This document shows, in pieces, positions 54,897 to 63,833 of a stretch of 64,000 nt of DNA (position 1 is the first letter of the stretch; the number at the start of each line of letters is the position of its first letter). Location: IMG/VR virus record IMGVR_UViG_3300043395_002393, positions 459-64,458 of that record. One strand, written 5' to 3'. This DNA is from a virus (lineage: Duplodnaviria > Caudoviricetes). The notes under the pieces were generated by a model. That model saw only the letters and a program-made list of their open reading frames with translations. It ran no database searches and was not told where the DNA came from. Made by a program: the position numbers and the translations under genes.

Positions 54897-57455
54897 TCAG
54901 AGATAGTCGATGGATTCGGCGAGACGCATCTCCAGCAGCTCTTCGGCCGCGATGATGCCGGGGTCGTAGTTGTCCCGATGGACCCAGATCGCGGAGCGGG
55001 TGCCGTTGAAAACGAAGCGGCGGCCCTCCTGGTAACGCTCGTAGCCGAGAACGGCGAGGTAGTGGGCGGGCTTGTGATTGTTCTTCGACTCCTCTACCGT
55101 GAGGCGGGTCACTTCGGACGCCAGGATGACATCGGGGCCGATCAGTGGGTTGCTGCTTTCGATCAAGTCCTCGATGGCGATCTGGAGGCGGTTCTTGCTG
55201 GCCTCGATCATCTCCCTGCGATACTTGGTCCGCGGGGCGTCGTTGACCGGGAAGGAGTCCGGGATCGGGTAACCGAGCAGGGCGTGGCGCAGCGCCCCGG
55301 CGTGGTTGTGAATGATGTCCGCGGCTTCCTCGAAGATGCCTGATGCCCGCAGCCGGTCGCGGTCGGCCGCCGTCTGGATGGGGGACCTCACCGGAGCGTA
55401 GCGCCGGTCGCTCTCGGTCATGTAAAGCGCCCCTTCGTGGTTGGTGTAGGCGATGCAGTTGGCGAAGTTCAGGATCTTCCGGGCGTCGCGGTTCTTCCGG
55501 TTCATGGTCACCTCGCTGTTGGTCACCAGGGTCTTGAGCTTGTCCATAATCGCGGCGCGGTTCTCACCGGCGACGTAGATTTCCTCGAACACGATCAACT
55601 GCTTGCCATACTTCCAATCGTCGAAGTCCGAGCGGATGAGGTTCGGCTCGATGGCGATCACGTTGGACTCGCCGATGGCGGCTCCGACCATGGAGGCGAT
55701 CTGGGACTTGCCTGCGCCCTCGCCGGACTGCACACAGAAGCACCAGCGGATCTTGTGACCCGGACGCTGGACGAGGTGGGCGAAGAACTGCATGGCCAGT
55801 TCCCACACCTCGCCGAAGACGTTCTTGACCATCTGCTCGAAGACGCGCAGCGCCCGCTCGGAGCCGACCGAGGTCTCGGTGGGCGTGGTGTCGGCGCGGT
55901 ACTCGTTGAGGTATTTCACGCCCTTGTATTCGAAAATCGACGGGGTGTCGGGTCGGGGGTCGTACATCGTCGAGTCCACCCGGTCGATGGCTTGGACGTT
56001 CAGGGCGAACTTGTCAGGGTTGACCAAGGGGAGGCCGATCTTGGCCAGCTCGTTGTCCTTCTCGTCGCTCATCAGGCGCACCGAGTAGGTCAGGTTGAAG
56101 TTGGTCGGGGTCAACCGGACGCCGCTGGCCTTGTTGACGAACTCGCCATCGGTCGAGACGAACACCCACGGGCGGAGCCACCCTGGCAGCTCCTTCTTGT
56201 TGCTCTCGACCCTGGCGACCGTGCGGGCCTGCTTGAGCGCCTTGTTCGCGGTGGTGGCGGTGATCGGAGCACCGAGTTCCTTGAGCCGGGAGCGGAACGT
56301 GTCGAGCAGCCGGGCCTCGGTGATCGCGTCGCGGATCGGGAACGCGGCGATGCGGGCCGGACCCTCGCGGCCGAGGAGCTTGGGATCGTCCTGTGCGGCG
56401 ATCCACTCCTCCAACTTCTCGCCCAGCTCCTCGGTGGCCTTCTCGGGCTTCCAACCGGCCTGCTTCGCGTGGTGGTAGAGGGTCGAGATCGTGACGGGTC
56501 GCTTGCCGGTCGGGTCGGGCTTGAAGCTGCGCCACTTCGAGAACGTCTCCTTCTCGCCCTTGTATTTCGCCCCTTGGGACGACCACTCGTCGAACAGCTC
56601 GTAGGCTTGCCGCGCCTCGTCCTCACGGCGGAACTGGTGCCGCAGCGCCGAGGCGACCTCGGTCCACCTCTTGTAGCCGCCCGAGTCCGGGTCGATGGCG
56701 AACAGCGGCTCGCGGATCTCGTCCACGGTCAGTCCGTATGCGGGGAGGTTGTCGAGGCCGATGTCGTCGTCACCGCCGGCCGAGTAGGTCCGCTGGTCCG
56801 GGGTCTCGGGGATCTCTTCGATGGACTGGTGATCGAGGTCGACACCGCTGGTGCGGACGGCGAGCAGGCGCGGGGTCGAGTTGTCCTCGTCCTTGAAGAT
56901 GACGGGCCGATAGGCGGGCTGGGATAGAACGGTGGATTCAACAACCCCTTTGAAGTCGTGCGGCAGCCCGAGACGGTCGGCGAGATGGCGGATGATCTTG
57001 CGCCGATGGATCGGGTCGCAAGGGGTCAGCGGGACGATGATCCGAAGCCGCGGACGCTCCGGTGTGTGGTTCGCCGTGGCGTAGGCCAGGTAGTTGAGCG
57101 GGGCGAGGGCCTCGCCGATGCACTCCGGGCATTGCCAGAAGTCGCTGACGTAGTCGGGCTCGTCGAAGTCCACGTCCGGCGGATCGAGGTCGAGGCAGGC
57201 CAGCACCAGCTTGTCGGCGTTGGCGTCGCACCGCTTGGTCTCGCCGGGCTTGAAGGTGCAAGACGTGACGCAGGGACCGTCCTTGATGTGGTCCCGCTCG
57301 GTCTTCGGCAGTGCCAGGAACTCGGCGCGTTCCATCCCGATCGGCACCGGCACGTCGAAGTATTTGCGCACCAGCTCGTCGAAAGTGCTTGCCTTCAGGG
57401 GGTGGATCTTCCCCGACCTCGCGCTGGGTCCGCCGTAGTAGGTGAAGGTGCTCAT
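54897..57455 (-). CDS. Primase-helicase (AEP-like + PriCT_2 + DUF5906/SF3 NTPase), 852 aa
   Basis: LDLD, YATANH, RLRIIVP; WTEVASAL..FDEWSSQGAKY (PriCT_2); SGEGAGKS, FEE, YTNH, DRRY. Confidence 0.88.
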   Translation of the reverse strand: MSTFTYYGGPSARSGKIHPLKASTFDELVRKYFDVPVPIGMERAEFLALPKTERDHIKDGPCVTSCTFKPGETKRCDANADKLVLACLDLDPPDVDFDEPDYVSDFWQCPECIGEALAPLNYLAYATANHTPERPRLRIIVPLTPCDPIHRRKIIRHLADRLGLPHDFKGVVESTVLSQPAYRPVIFKDEDNSTPRLLAVRTSGVDLDHQSIEEIPETPDQRTYSAGGDDDIGLDNLPAYGLTVDEIREPLFAIDPDSGGYKRWTEVASALRHQFRREDEARQAYELFDEWSSQGAKYKGEKETFSKWRSFKPDPTGKRPVTISTLYHHAKQAGWKPEKATEELGEKLEEWIAAQDDPKLLGREGPARIAAFPIRDAITEARLLDTFRSRLKELGAPITATTANKALKQARTVARVESNKKELPGWLRPWVFVSTDGEFVNKASGVRLTPTNFNLTYSVRLMSDEKDNELAKIGLPLVNPDKFALNVQAIDRVDSTMYDPRPDTPSIFEYKGVKYLNEYRADTTPTETSVGSERALRVFEQMVKNVFGEVWELAMQFFAHLVQRPGHKIRWCFCVQSGEGAGKSQIASMVGAAIGESNVIAIEPNLIRSDFDDWKYGKQLIVFEEIYVAGENRAAIMDKLKTLVTNSEVTMNRKNRDARKILNFANCIAYTNHEGALYMTESDRRYAPVRSPIQTAADRDRLRASGIFEEAADIIHNHAGALRHALLGYPIPDSFPVNDAPRTKYRREMIEASKNRLQIAIEDLIESSNPLIGPDVILASEVTRLTVEESKNNHKPAHYLAVLGYERYQEGRRFVFNGTRSAIWVHRDNYDPGIIAAEELLEMRLAESIDYL

Positions 57456-57649
57456 GCTTTGGGCTTGGCGTAGAGTTCGCCGTCAAATTCCTGATACTCG
57501 TATTCGTCCTCCTGCGTCGGACCAGGACACTCGCACTCATCGCAGTAGTCGAGACCGCAGATCGAGCACTCGTTACCAAGCTCATCCTCACTGCCCCCGA
57601 GGCAGTCGGCAGCGAAGCTCACTTTCTTCCATCCTGTGGGTGGGTTCAT
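57452..57649 (-). CDS. Small Cys-rich acidic protein, 65 aa
   Basis: CSICGLDYCDECECPGPT; ATGA overlap. Confidence 0.65.
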   Translation of the reverse strand: MNPPTGWKKVSFAADCLGGSEDELGNECSICGLDYCDECECPGPTQEDEYEYQEFDGELYAKPKA

Positions 57650-58262
57650 TCAGATAGACAGGTAGAGGTCCCATTGATCAGCCATCGCGTCGGCGATGCC
57701 TTGGTAGGTTCGCGACCGCTCTTTCCAGCGGTCTTCAGAAGGTCCGAGACGGTTCTGACCGCTATCAGTCTGGTTGGCCCACCGCTTCCGACCCCCGACA
57801 ATGCGGGGCGCGACGAGCTTGGTGGGAGAGAGAGAGAGGCGGCAGATTTTTCAGCCACAAGCAGGTGGCCTTGCTGGCGTCGTCGCCGAACTGGTAGGGC
57901 TGGATGATCTGCGTCGGTTTGCAGATTCGTTTCGAGAGGATTCCAATTGGGTTCTCCAGTGCGATGTGAGGTATCGGCTGCTCCCACAGCATCCTGAAAA
58001 ACTCGACGGCTGCTTCCGTCTTCTCCCAGCCGCGACCCCTGTCGTTCCAGTGGATGCCCGACCCACAAACGTAGGTGCACTCCGGGAAAGCGATCAGCAC
58101 GTCCCAGCCTTTGTCGATGACTTCCCGCAGGTCGCACTGGAGGTGGTATGGTGAAGGGGTCTCTGCCGGCAGAAGATCGCAGCTCCACGCATCGTGTCCG
58201 AGCTTTCGGAAAGCATCTCGGACCCGACCGGAGTACTCGCAAGCTACGAGGATGCGTTTCAT
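57650..58262 (-). pseudogene. DNA cytosine methyltransferase-like gene frameshifted at a (CT)6 tract
   Basis: ILVACEYSG, IAFPECT, ALENP, KATCLWLKNLPPL, then the conserved RWANQTDSGQN..RSRTYQGIADAMADQW continues in another frame after 57827-57838. Confidence 0.85.
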
Positions 58263-58459
58263 TCGGCGAAGCCTTTTCCGGTGAGAGCGCGATGGACTTT
58301 CTCGGCTTGGACGAAGTCGAACTTCGTCTGCCGACCGGTGTACCAGCTCCAGAGGCTCATCATCGGAACCTCCGCTTCGCGGGCGATGACGGCGAGCTTC
58401 CTGCCGTCTTTTCGGATGGCTTCGCGGAGCCGTTGGTCGACGGTCGTGGACTCAGGCAT
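58259..58459 (-). CDS. Cro-like HTH regulator, 66 aa
   Basis: LREAI..LAVIAREAEVPMMSLWSW; first gene after a promoter. Confidence 0.7.
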   Translation of the reverse strand: MPESTTVDQRLREAIRKDGRKLAVIAREAEVPMMSLWSWYTGRQTKFDFVQAEKVHRALTGKGFAE

Positions 58460-58471
58460 GTCGGTTCGGGG

Positions 58472-58516
58472 ACGGTGGGGTTCTCGGGGTCGGAGGTCAA
58501 TCAAGAAATCTTGATT
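58472..58516 (-). promoter_or_regulatory. Promoter TTGACC-N17-CACCGT with adjacent operator-like palindrome AATCAAGA-AA-TCTTGATT
   Basis: Hexamers at 58495-58500 and 58472-58477; IR at 58499-58516. Confidence 0.55.
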
Positions 58517-58552
58517 TAGTGTCGGAAATAAACCAAGAAGGGGGTCAATGCG

Positions 58553-58783
58553 TTACGGAGGATCTCCCAACTCGGGGTGGGGGTATTCACTGTTCGCGGT
58601 AATGAATTGGCGTATATCCTCGGCGTGCTGCTCAACCGTAACGTCTTCTCGGAACGTGGACGTGATTCCACTTTTAGCGACTGGTGATGGCTTCCGAGAT
58701 TTGACCACGCGCTGGGGCAAGCCGCGAACAAGGCGGTGATCAGAACCGCCCGAAGGCGTCTGTTGTGATGGTGAAGCTTTCAT
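58553..58783 (-). CDS. Cassette A ORF, 76 aa, starts inside attC1
   Basis: ATGA-coupled to the upstream ORF. Confidence 0.45.
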   Translation of the reverse strand: MKASPSQQTPSGGSDHRLVRGLPQRVVKSRKPSPVAKSGITSTFREDVTVEQHAEDIRQFITANSEYPHPELGDPP

Positions 58784-58813
58784 AATGGGCGGTCTGATAC
58801 CTCGGCGTTCTCC
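58723..58813 (+). repeat. attC-like site 1
   Basis: CGCGAAC-AAGGC-GGTGATCAGAACCGCCC ... GGGCGGTCTGATACC-TCGGC-GTTCTCC with bulged bases. Confidence 0.8.
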
Positions 58814-59004
58814 CGAATAAAATCCCCGCGTAGATTCCGCATGGAGATTCCGGCGGCTTTGAGCTGTGCGGGCGTTCGCTCGCTGGTTTCGATCACCCGT
58901 TCCTCGCAGTTCACGAAGAGTCGGAATGTCGTCATTTGCTCAGGGGATTCCTCGCGGAGTGCTTCCACAAGCGCGTCGATTGCGTTGGTGATTTTCGGTG
59001 TCAT
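58780..59004 (-). CDS. Cassette B ORF, 74 aa (MTPKITNAID...)
   Basis: Protein-like composition; stop lies inside attC1. Confidence 0.65.
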   Translation of the reverse strand: MTPKITNAIDALVEALREESPEQMTTFRLFVNCEERVIETSERTPAQLKAAGISMRNLRGDFIRENAEVSDRPL

Positions 59005-59022
59005 ATCGGTGATTCGGAAAAG

Positions 59023-59112
59023 GGAGAACAAGGGTGGTGGAGAGGAACCGCCGGGAACGCGGCTATTGAAATCGGCATCTATGGCGGCGGTCCCTCACCA
59101 CCAGCGTTCTGC
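59023..59112 (+). repeat. attC-like site 2
   Basis: GGAGAAC-AAGGG-TGGTGGAGAGGAACCGCC ... GGCGGTCCCTCACCA-CCAGC-GTTCTGC. Confidence 0.8.
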
Positions 59113-59294
59113 AAAGGAAACCACGAATGAACCCGGCTCCTGAATACGCCGTCGCGATCCTCCCACCGGAACTTTTCGGCGTTCCATCGGCCTTCAAATC
59201 GCGTTGGCCCGCCGTCGCCGTCTGGATGCCTTTCCAGCATGACCCATCGGTCACGCGGAGCAGTCACCATGCTTGTATCTCGTTTCGTTTTCAT
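59079..59294 (-). CDS. Cassette C ORF2, 71 aa (DUF551-like MVTAPRD...HSWFPL)
   Basis: TAPRD and W-x-P-L motifs; stop lies inside attC2. Confidence 0.55.
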   Translation of the reverse strand: MKTKRDTSMVTAPRDRWVMLERHPDGDGGPTRFEGRWNAEKFRWEDRDGVFRSRVHSWFPLQNAGGEGPPP

Positions 59295-59605
59295 TTCGTA
59301 TTCTGCTGAGACTTGCATGAGCGGCAGTGTGATCCGCAGTAGTAGCTTATTTGATCGCAGGTCATGCCCTTTGATGATTTCTCCACGCACACGGCGGGCG
59401 GATTTTTCCGCAGGTATTCCCGCCTCGCGTTCGCCGCGTCGATCCTGCGTTGACCATCCGGCGTGATCGGATCTTCCATGACGGCATCGAATTTACCACA
59501 GTCGCACCTTGCCGCCTCGCCCTCACAGAAGAAGCAGAACAAGGCCGCCGCATGCAACGCCGGAGGCGCTGCATCTTCAATTCGGGCTGTGAGGGCGGCG
59601 TGCAT
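59291..59605 (-). CDS. Cassette C ORF1, Cys-rich, 104 aa
   Basis: Starts inside attC3; ATGA-coupled to ORF2. Confidence 0.45.
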   Translation of the reverse strand: MHAALTARIEDAAPPALHAAALFCFFCEGEAARCDCGKFDAVMEDPITPDGQRRIDAANARREYLRKNPPAVCVEKSSKGMTCDQISYYCGSHCRSCKSQQNTK

Positions 59606-59622
59606 GGGCTTAGTCGTTCCCC
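59534..59622 (+). repeat. attC-like site 3
   Basis: GCAGAAC-AAGGCC-GCCGCATGCAACGCC ... GGCGTGCATGGGC-TTAGTC-GTTCCCC. Confidence 0.78.
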
Positions 59623-60089
59623 CCGATGATCCGCTGCCATTGGCCGCCGGCTTCGGGGTCTTTCAGGATGAGTTTTTGAATCCGGCGGCGGGCATGGATG
59701 ACGGTGGTGTGATCCCTGCGACCGCAGGCCGCGGCTGCATCCTGGAGAGAGCGGCCGGAGTGATGGATGGCAGCCATGGCCATCTGGCGAGCGAGCGCGA
59801 TCTTGGCATTGCCGCGCGCGCGAGCGGCGAGGGCGGTGACAGAAACGCCAAACTCGGCGGCAGCACGCTGAATGATTTCCGATTCCAGGGAGCGCCAGTC
59901 GGCGTCCGCGAGCAGATCATTGACTCCGCCCAGGGTGGCGCGCAGGACCTTGCGGCGCTGGCGGAGGTCGAGGAGCGATTGATTGACGCCGGCCAGGGTG
60001 GTGCGCAGGGCCTCGCGGCGGTGGCGGACCTCGATCAGCAGCTCGCCGAGCGAGAAGCGGGCGAGGGCAGGAATGGCGTGGGCTTCCAT
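59610..60089 (-). CDS. DnaA C-terminal (Bac_DnaA_C) HTH domain protein
   Basis: AAAEFGVSV..ALARQMAM..SLQDAAAACGRRDHTTVIHARRRI. Confidence 0.85.
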   Translation of the reverse strand: MEAHAIPALARFSLGELLIEVRHRREALRTTLAGVNQSLLDLRQRRKVLRATLGGVNDLLADADWRSLESEIIQRAAAEFGVSVTALAARARGNAKIALARQMAMAAIHHSGRSLQDAAAACGRRDHTTVIHARRRIQKLILKDPEAGGQWQRIIGGND

Positions 60090-60094
60090 GGCGG

Positions 60095-60403
60095 TCAGTC
60101 GTCGATGTCCAGGACGGCGGTGATTTCCAGGAGGCCGCGCTGGGCGGCCCAGGGGCGGCAGCTCTTGATGATCTCCTCCGGGCGGCGGACGCCGTGGCGC
60201 TGGTAGCTGCGGCGGGTGCGCTCGCGGAGGGCGTAGGCGACTTCCTCACACCAGATCTTGTAAGCGTGTCCCGCACGGCGCGGGGCACCGTAGCGGGCGA
60301 AAGCGCGGCGCAGGGCGGCGCGCTGCTCCTTGCGGGTCTTCCCCGCCATCTCGATCATCACCGGGGCGATGATGGAGCGGGCAATGGTTCGCCAGGTGGT
60401 CAT
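60095..60403 (-). CDS. Hypothetical phage protein, 102 aa
   Basis: TWR..A..II..RAGHAYKIWCEEV motif; GC3-rich. Confidence 0.7.
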   Translation of the reverse strand: MTTWRTIARSIIAPVMIEMAGKTRKEQRAALRRAFARYGAPRRAGHAYKIWCEEVAYALRERTRRSYQRHGVRRPEEIIKSCRPWAAQRGLLEITAVLDIDD

Positions 60404-60406
60404 GGG

Positions 60407-60904
60407 TCAGCGGAGGTAGGAGTCCTGGTGAGGGCGGTGAATGGTGGCGCGCCAGGCGAGGCTGCGGGCGTCGCGGTAGAGCTCGACCCGCGCCCAGCAG
60501 CCCATGCAGCAGCCGGTGAGTTCGGCATCGGGGCCGTCTTCGGGATCGTAGTCCGGGAGGAAGGGGGAATCGATGGGTGCCCAGCCGTCATTCGCGGCGA
60601 TGCAGTGGCCGCAGTGGAGCAGGACCTGGTTGGGAAGGCCGGCGGCATCCTCGACCAGGGAATGGATGCGGGACTCGCGACGGGTCAGGATCTCGACGGC
60701 GGCGCGGAAGAGACGACTGGAAAAGCGCCCTTTATAGTACCGATCGCGGATGCGGATCTGCCCGGCGCCAACGAAGGCGAGGCCGCGGGTGTGCCAGAGA
60801 CGCTCGCAGCGGCTGAGGAGCATGCCCTCGTGGTTGTTCGGGAAGCGGGTGGCGGTGGCGAGCCATTGGTTCCGTTTGGTGTTCTTGGTCGTGGTGGTGT
60901 TCAT
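60407..60904 (-). CDS. Hypothetical Zn-ribbon protein, 165 aa
   Basis: CGHC...CMGC; SD GAGGA. Confidence 0.65.
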   Translation of the reverse strand: MNTTTTKNTKRNQWLATATRFPNNHEGMLLSRCERLWHTRGLAFVGAGQIRIRDRYYKGRFSSRLFRAAVEILTRRESRIHSLVEDAAGLPNQVLLHCGHCIAANDGWAPIDSPFLPDYDPEDGPDAELTGCCMGCWARVELYRDARSLAWRATIHRPHQDSYLR

Positions 60905-60935
60905 GGTGTCCTCTCAGGTGGAAAATGGGCAGGCC

Positions 60936-61169
60936 TCAGAAATCGGCCCCAGAAGGCGCGAGGGGCGGAAGCTGGGCGACAGTCGCCTCCCCGGCTGAAA
61001 ATGCGTCCTGACCCCCGGCGAGGCCCGGCGAGGGGGCTTCCGGGGCCGGGGCGGGACGATCGATCTGCGCGGAGCATCGGGAGCAGTGCCACCAATCCCG
61101 TCCGGCGTGGCGGCGGACGTAGATCATGGAGGTGCCGTGGAGCGGGCAACTGGGGGCGGCGGGGATCAT
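60936..61169 (-). CDS. Small Zn-ribbon protein (CPLH..WHCSRC)
   Basis: ATGA-coupled. Confidence 0.5.
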   Translation of the reverse strand: MIPAAPSCPLHGTSMIYVRRHAGRDWWHCSRCSAQIDRPAPAPEAPSPGLAGGQDAFSAGEATVAQLPPLAPSGADF

Positions 61170-61360
61170 GGTTTGCGCTTCCAAGTGCGGTTGGAGAGAG
61201 CGGCGGCGATGCGGTCCAGCTCGTGGACCGTCGGCTCGCGGAGGGTGGGGCGCTCCAGCGGGGCGGGCAGGCCGGGGACGATGACGGTGATGGAGACGAT
61301 GGCGACGAGGTCCTCGCCAAGGTCGACTTCCAGCTCGGTGGTCGGGGCGGGCGTGGTCAT
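61166..61360 (-). CDS. Hypothetical protein, 64 aa (MTTPAPTTELEV...)
   Basis: SD AGGAGG, ATGA overlap. Confidence 0.55.
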   Translation of the reverse strand: MTTPAPTTELEVDLGEDLVAIVSITVIVPGLPAPLERPTLREPTVHELDRIAAALSNRTWKRKP

Positions 61361-61821
61361 GGCTGGGGGGCCTCCTTTTTCGGGGACTTGGCGCCGATCC
61401 AGTCGTCCGCCTGCATGAAGCGCTTGCGGCGCTCCGGGGTCCAGAACTCGGGATCGCCGGCGGCCTCGATGTGGTCGACCAGGCTGCCGAGGTCCACGAG
61501 GATGACATTTGGGGCCGGGCGGGTCTGCTTGACGAAGCCAGCATTCACGAGGCGGTAGAAGGTGCGGTAGGACATCGCTTCCAGGCCGGTGTCCTTCAGC
61601 AGGTCCTCGCCGCAGCGGCGCCACTGGCCGTGGTGCCGGAGCATGGGGAGGTAGGTGCCGTCCGTCTGGCGCATGAGCTTGACCAGGCCGAAGCGCGGGA
61701 CATCCGCCGGATGGACGGTGGGGGCGGCGTAGTGGCCGGGGGCGATCTCGACCAGCTGGGTCTGCGCGGGCAGGCCGCTGCGGATGAGCGTCAATTCCGG
61801 GGTCCTCTTCTTGGGGTCCAT
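61357..61821 (-). CDS. Winged-HTH/excisionase-like protein, 154 aa
   Basis: MSYRTFYRLVNAGFV..ILVDLGSL. Confidence 0.55.
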   Translation of the reverse strand: MDPKKRTPELTLIRSGLPAQTQLVEIAPGHYAAPTVHPADVPRFGLVKLMRQTDGTYLPMLRHHGQWRRCGEDLLKDTGLEAMSYRTFYRLVNAGFVKQTRPAPNVILVDLGSLVDHIEAAGDPEFWTPERRKRFMQADDWIGAKSPKKEAPQP

Positions 61822-61829
61822 GGTGGTTC

Positions 61830-62567
61830 TCAGCGGTCAGGGGTGAAGTCGTGCTTGGAGGCCTTGCGGGTGCCGCGCTGGGACTTGTTCCGGGCGGCGG
61901 GGTCTCCCCTGCCCTCGCGGGCGGCGATGCGGTTGCGGGTGGTGTAGAGGATCATCTCCAGCCGATCGGCCGGGAGATCGGCCAGGGCCCGCCCCTTGTT
62001 CTGGAACTTGGCGATCTGGACGATGTAGGCGGGGGTGATGAGGCCCTTTTCCATGACGCGGGCGGCGATGGCGGGGTCGAACTCCTCCGAGCGCGGATCG
62101 CAGCGGCGGCCGTGGGCCAGCAGCTCGTCGAGGATGAGCTTGCGGAAGGTCTCGCGGGCCTCGTGGGTGTCGGTCGCCGGGCCCTTGTCGCGGACCTTTC
62201 CGGTGCGGGTGAAGTCGCGGTAGCCCTTGTCTTCCCGCCCGCAGAGGGTCTCAAAGTGGCCGCGGAGGGTGCGGTAGTGGCTGTTCCGGCACTCGGTCAG
62301 GGAGGCGATGCCGACGGCCTTCAGCTGCTCCGCGCGGCGCCAGTCGCGGAGGCGGGCGCTGGCGGATCCGGCGGGGAGATCGATGAGGCCGAGGGTGTCG
62401 AGCTTCTGGAAAGCTTCCTTGGCCAGCATGTTGAGCGCGGCCTTTTGGTCGGCGGAGAGGAGGGAGCCGTGGCCGCCGGCGGCGGGGCGGCGAGCCTGGG
62501 GCGCGCGGCCGGCCTCGGCGCGGTGCCAGGGCTGGCGGTGGGTTGGGGATTTCGTCCGTGGCTTCAT
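61830..62567 (-). CDS. Hypothetical protein of Mu-like early regions (GemA/gp16-like?), 245 aa
   Basis: LSADQK..LAKEAF..WRRAEQ..GIASLTEC; Gam neighbourhood. Family is tentative. Confidence 0.5.
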   Translation of the reverse strand: MKPRTKSPTHRQPWHRAEAGRAPQARRPAAGGHGSLLSADQKAALNMLAKEAFQKLDTLGLIDLPAGSASARLRDWRRAEQLKAVGIASLTECRNSHYRTLRGHFETLCGREDKGYRDFTRTGKVRDKGPATDTHEARETFRKLILDELLAHGRRCDPRSEEFDPAIAARVMEKGLITPAYIVQIAKFQNKGRALADLPADRLEMILYTTRNRIAAREGRGDPAARNKSQRGTRKASKHDFTPDR

Positions 62568-62645
62568 GGTGTGGTGTCCTTTCACCCGGAAAGCCCGGCA
62601 CCCCGTGAGGAGTGCCAGGCGATTCTTAGGGGGAGACCGTGGGCC

Positions 62646-62855
62646 TCAGAATTCGTAGGGAATGTTCGCGGGGTGTTCGTACTGGCGGAGCGGATTGGTC
62701 CGGACGAATGGGGTGCTGTCCGCGGGGATCTCCTCGCCGGGCCGGGTGGCGGCGTCGTAGCCTTCATGCCAGCCCCCGGCGCGGCCGAGCAGGGCGCCGA
62801 AGCAGAAGGAGAGGGCGCAGCAGATCAGGAGGATGATGATGGCCCAGGCGATCAT
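62646..62855 (-). CDS. Small membrane protein, 69 aa
   Basis: N-terminal TM helix. Confidence 0.6.
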   Translation of the reverse strand: MIAWAIIILLICCALSFCFGALLGRAGGWHEGYDAATRPGEEIPADSTPFVRTNPLRQYEHPANIPYEF

Positions 62856-63133
62856 GCGGCCCCCCTTTCTTGCTTGGCCGCGGTGCCGGCGATCGCCGCC
62901 AGGTCATTACTGGCCACCCGCTTGCGGAGGGCGGTTTCCAGGATGGCGCGGCGGGTCTTATTCCCCTCTGGATTCATGGAGCAGTGGCGGATGGCGTGGA
63001 TGAGATCCGCGCGGCTGGCCCGCTGGGCGATGCGGCGGCAGTCCTCCGTGCCGGCGTGGATGAGCCACTCCAGATCGGACAGCTCTTCCTTGGCGACGAT
63101 GGGGCCGATGGTGGTGCCTTTGCGGAGGTTCAT
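62852..63133 (-). CDS. Hypothetical protein, 93 aa
   Basis: ATGA-coupled. Confidence 0.65.
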   Translation of the reverse strand: MNLRKGTTIGPIVAKEELSDLEWLIHAGTEDCRRIAQRASRADLIHAIRHCSMNPEGNKTRRAILETALRKRVASNDLAAIAGTAAKQERGAA

Positions 63134-63717
63134 GCCTCCCCCTTTCCGACCAGCACCGGGCTGGCTTCCGCGATCGCGTCGCGATCAGGCTCGAAGGTGA
63201 AGCGCTCTTCCTTCACGACGGTGATGCCGGCGGTGGCGAGGAAGTCCCGCATGGTCTGGCTGCCGCGCCAGGCGCTGAGGACGGCGTTCTTGTTGAGGCT
63301 GGTCTTGATGGCGACGAAGCGCTCGGCGAGGGCCTCATCCTCCTGGGCGAGGATGGTGTCCAGGGCCTCCGCCTCCTTGGTGCCGGCGACGAACTCGACC
63401 TTCCCGGTGCCCTCGCGGAAGGCGAGCTTGTGACCGGCGAGGGTGATGGTCTGCTTGTCGCCGAATTCCGCCTTGCGATTGGCGACGGCCCAGGCGCTGA
63501 GTCGCTTGGTATTCCGCTCGACCTCGCGGCCGAGTTCCTCGATCTCGACGTTGAACTCCATTTTTAGCGCCTCGATCCGCTCATCGCGGAGCAAGGCGGC
63601 GCGTTCCTGGGCGAGGATAAGGTTCGCGGTGCCGGCGGCGATGGCCGTGGCCTCGTCGCGGTCGCGGATCGGCTCGATCCGGATTTTTTTCAGTAGGCTC
63701 TTTGCAGTGGTGGTCAT
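63130..63717 (-). CDS. gam: Mu Gam-like host-nuclease inhibitor
   Basis: Coiled coil then WAVANRKAEFGDKQTITLAGHKLAFR..LNKNAVL..GITVVKEERFTFEP. Confidence 0.82.
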   Translation of the reverse strand: MTTTAKSLLKKIRIEPIRDRDEATAIAAGTANLILAQERAALLRDERIEALKMEFNVEIEELGREVERNTKRLSAWAVANRKAEFGDKQTITLAGHKLAFREGTGKVEFVAGTKEAEALDTILAQEDEALAERFVAIKTSLNKNAVLSAWRGSQTMRDFLATAGITVVKEERFTFEPDRDAIAEASPVLVGKGEA

Positions 63718-63833
63718 GGTGTGGTGTCCTTTTGGTGGTTCTGGTCTTTCGGTTGTTTCAGGGAGATCAGGCCCCCGCTGCCGTCCGCGTCGATGTGGTG
63801 TCCTCCGGGCGGCAGCGGGTTCGTTTTCGCCTC

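Larger units (their letters stand above)
58593..59616 (+). mobile_element. Array of three integron-type gene cassettes without integrase (CALIN-like)
   Basis: Three ~90-bp attC-like palindromes; each cassette's leading GTT core is perfectly complementary to its own R'' box. Confidence 0.8.

Noticed and set aside
59610-60089. Chromosomal dnaA / host origin
   Set aside because: Only the C-terminal HTH is present, with no AAA+ domain, in a phage early-gene context.
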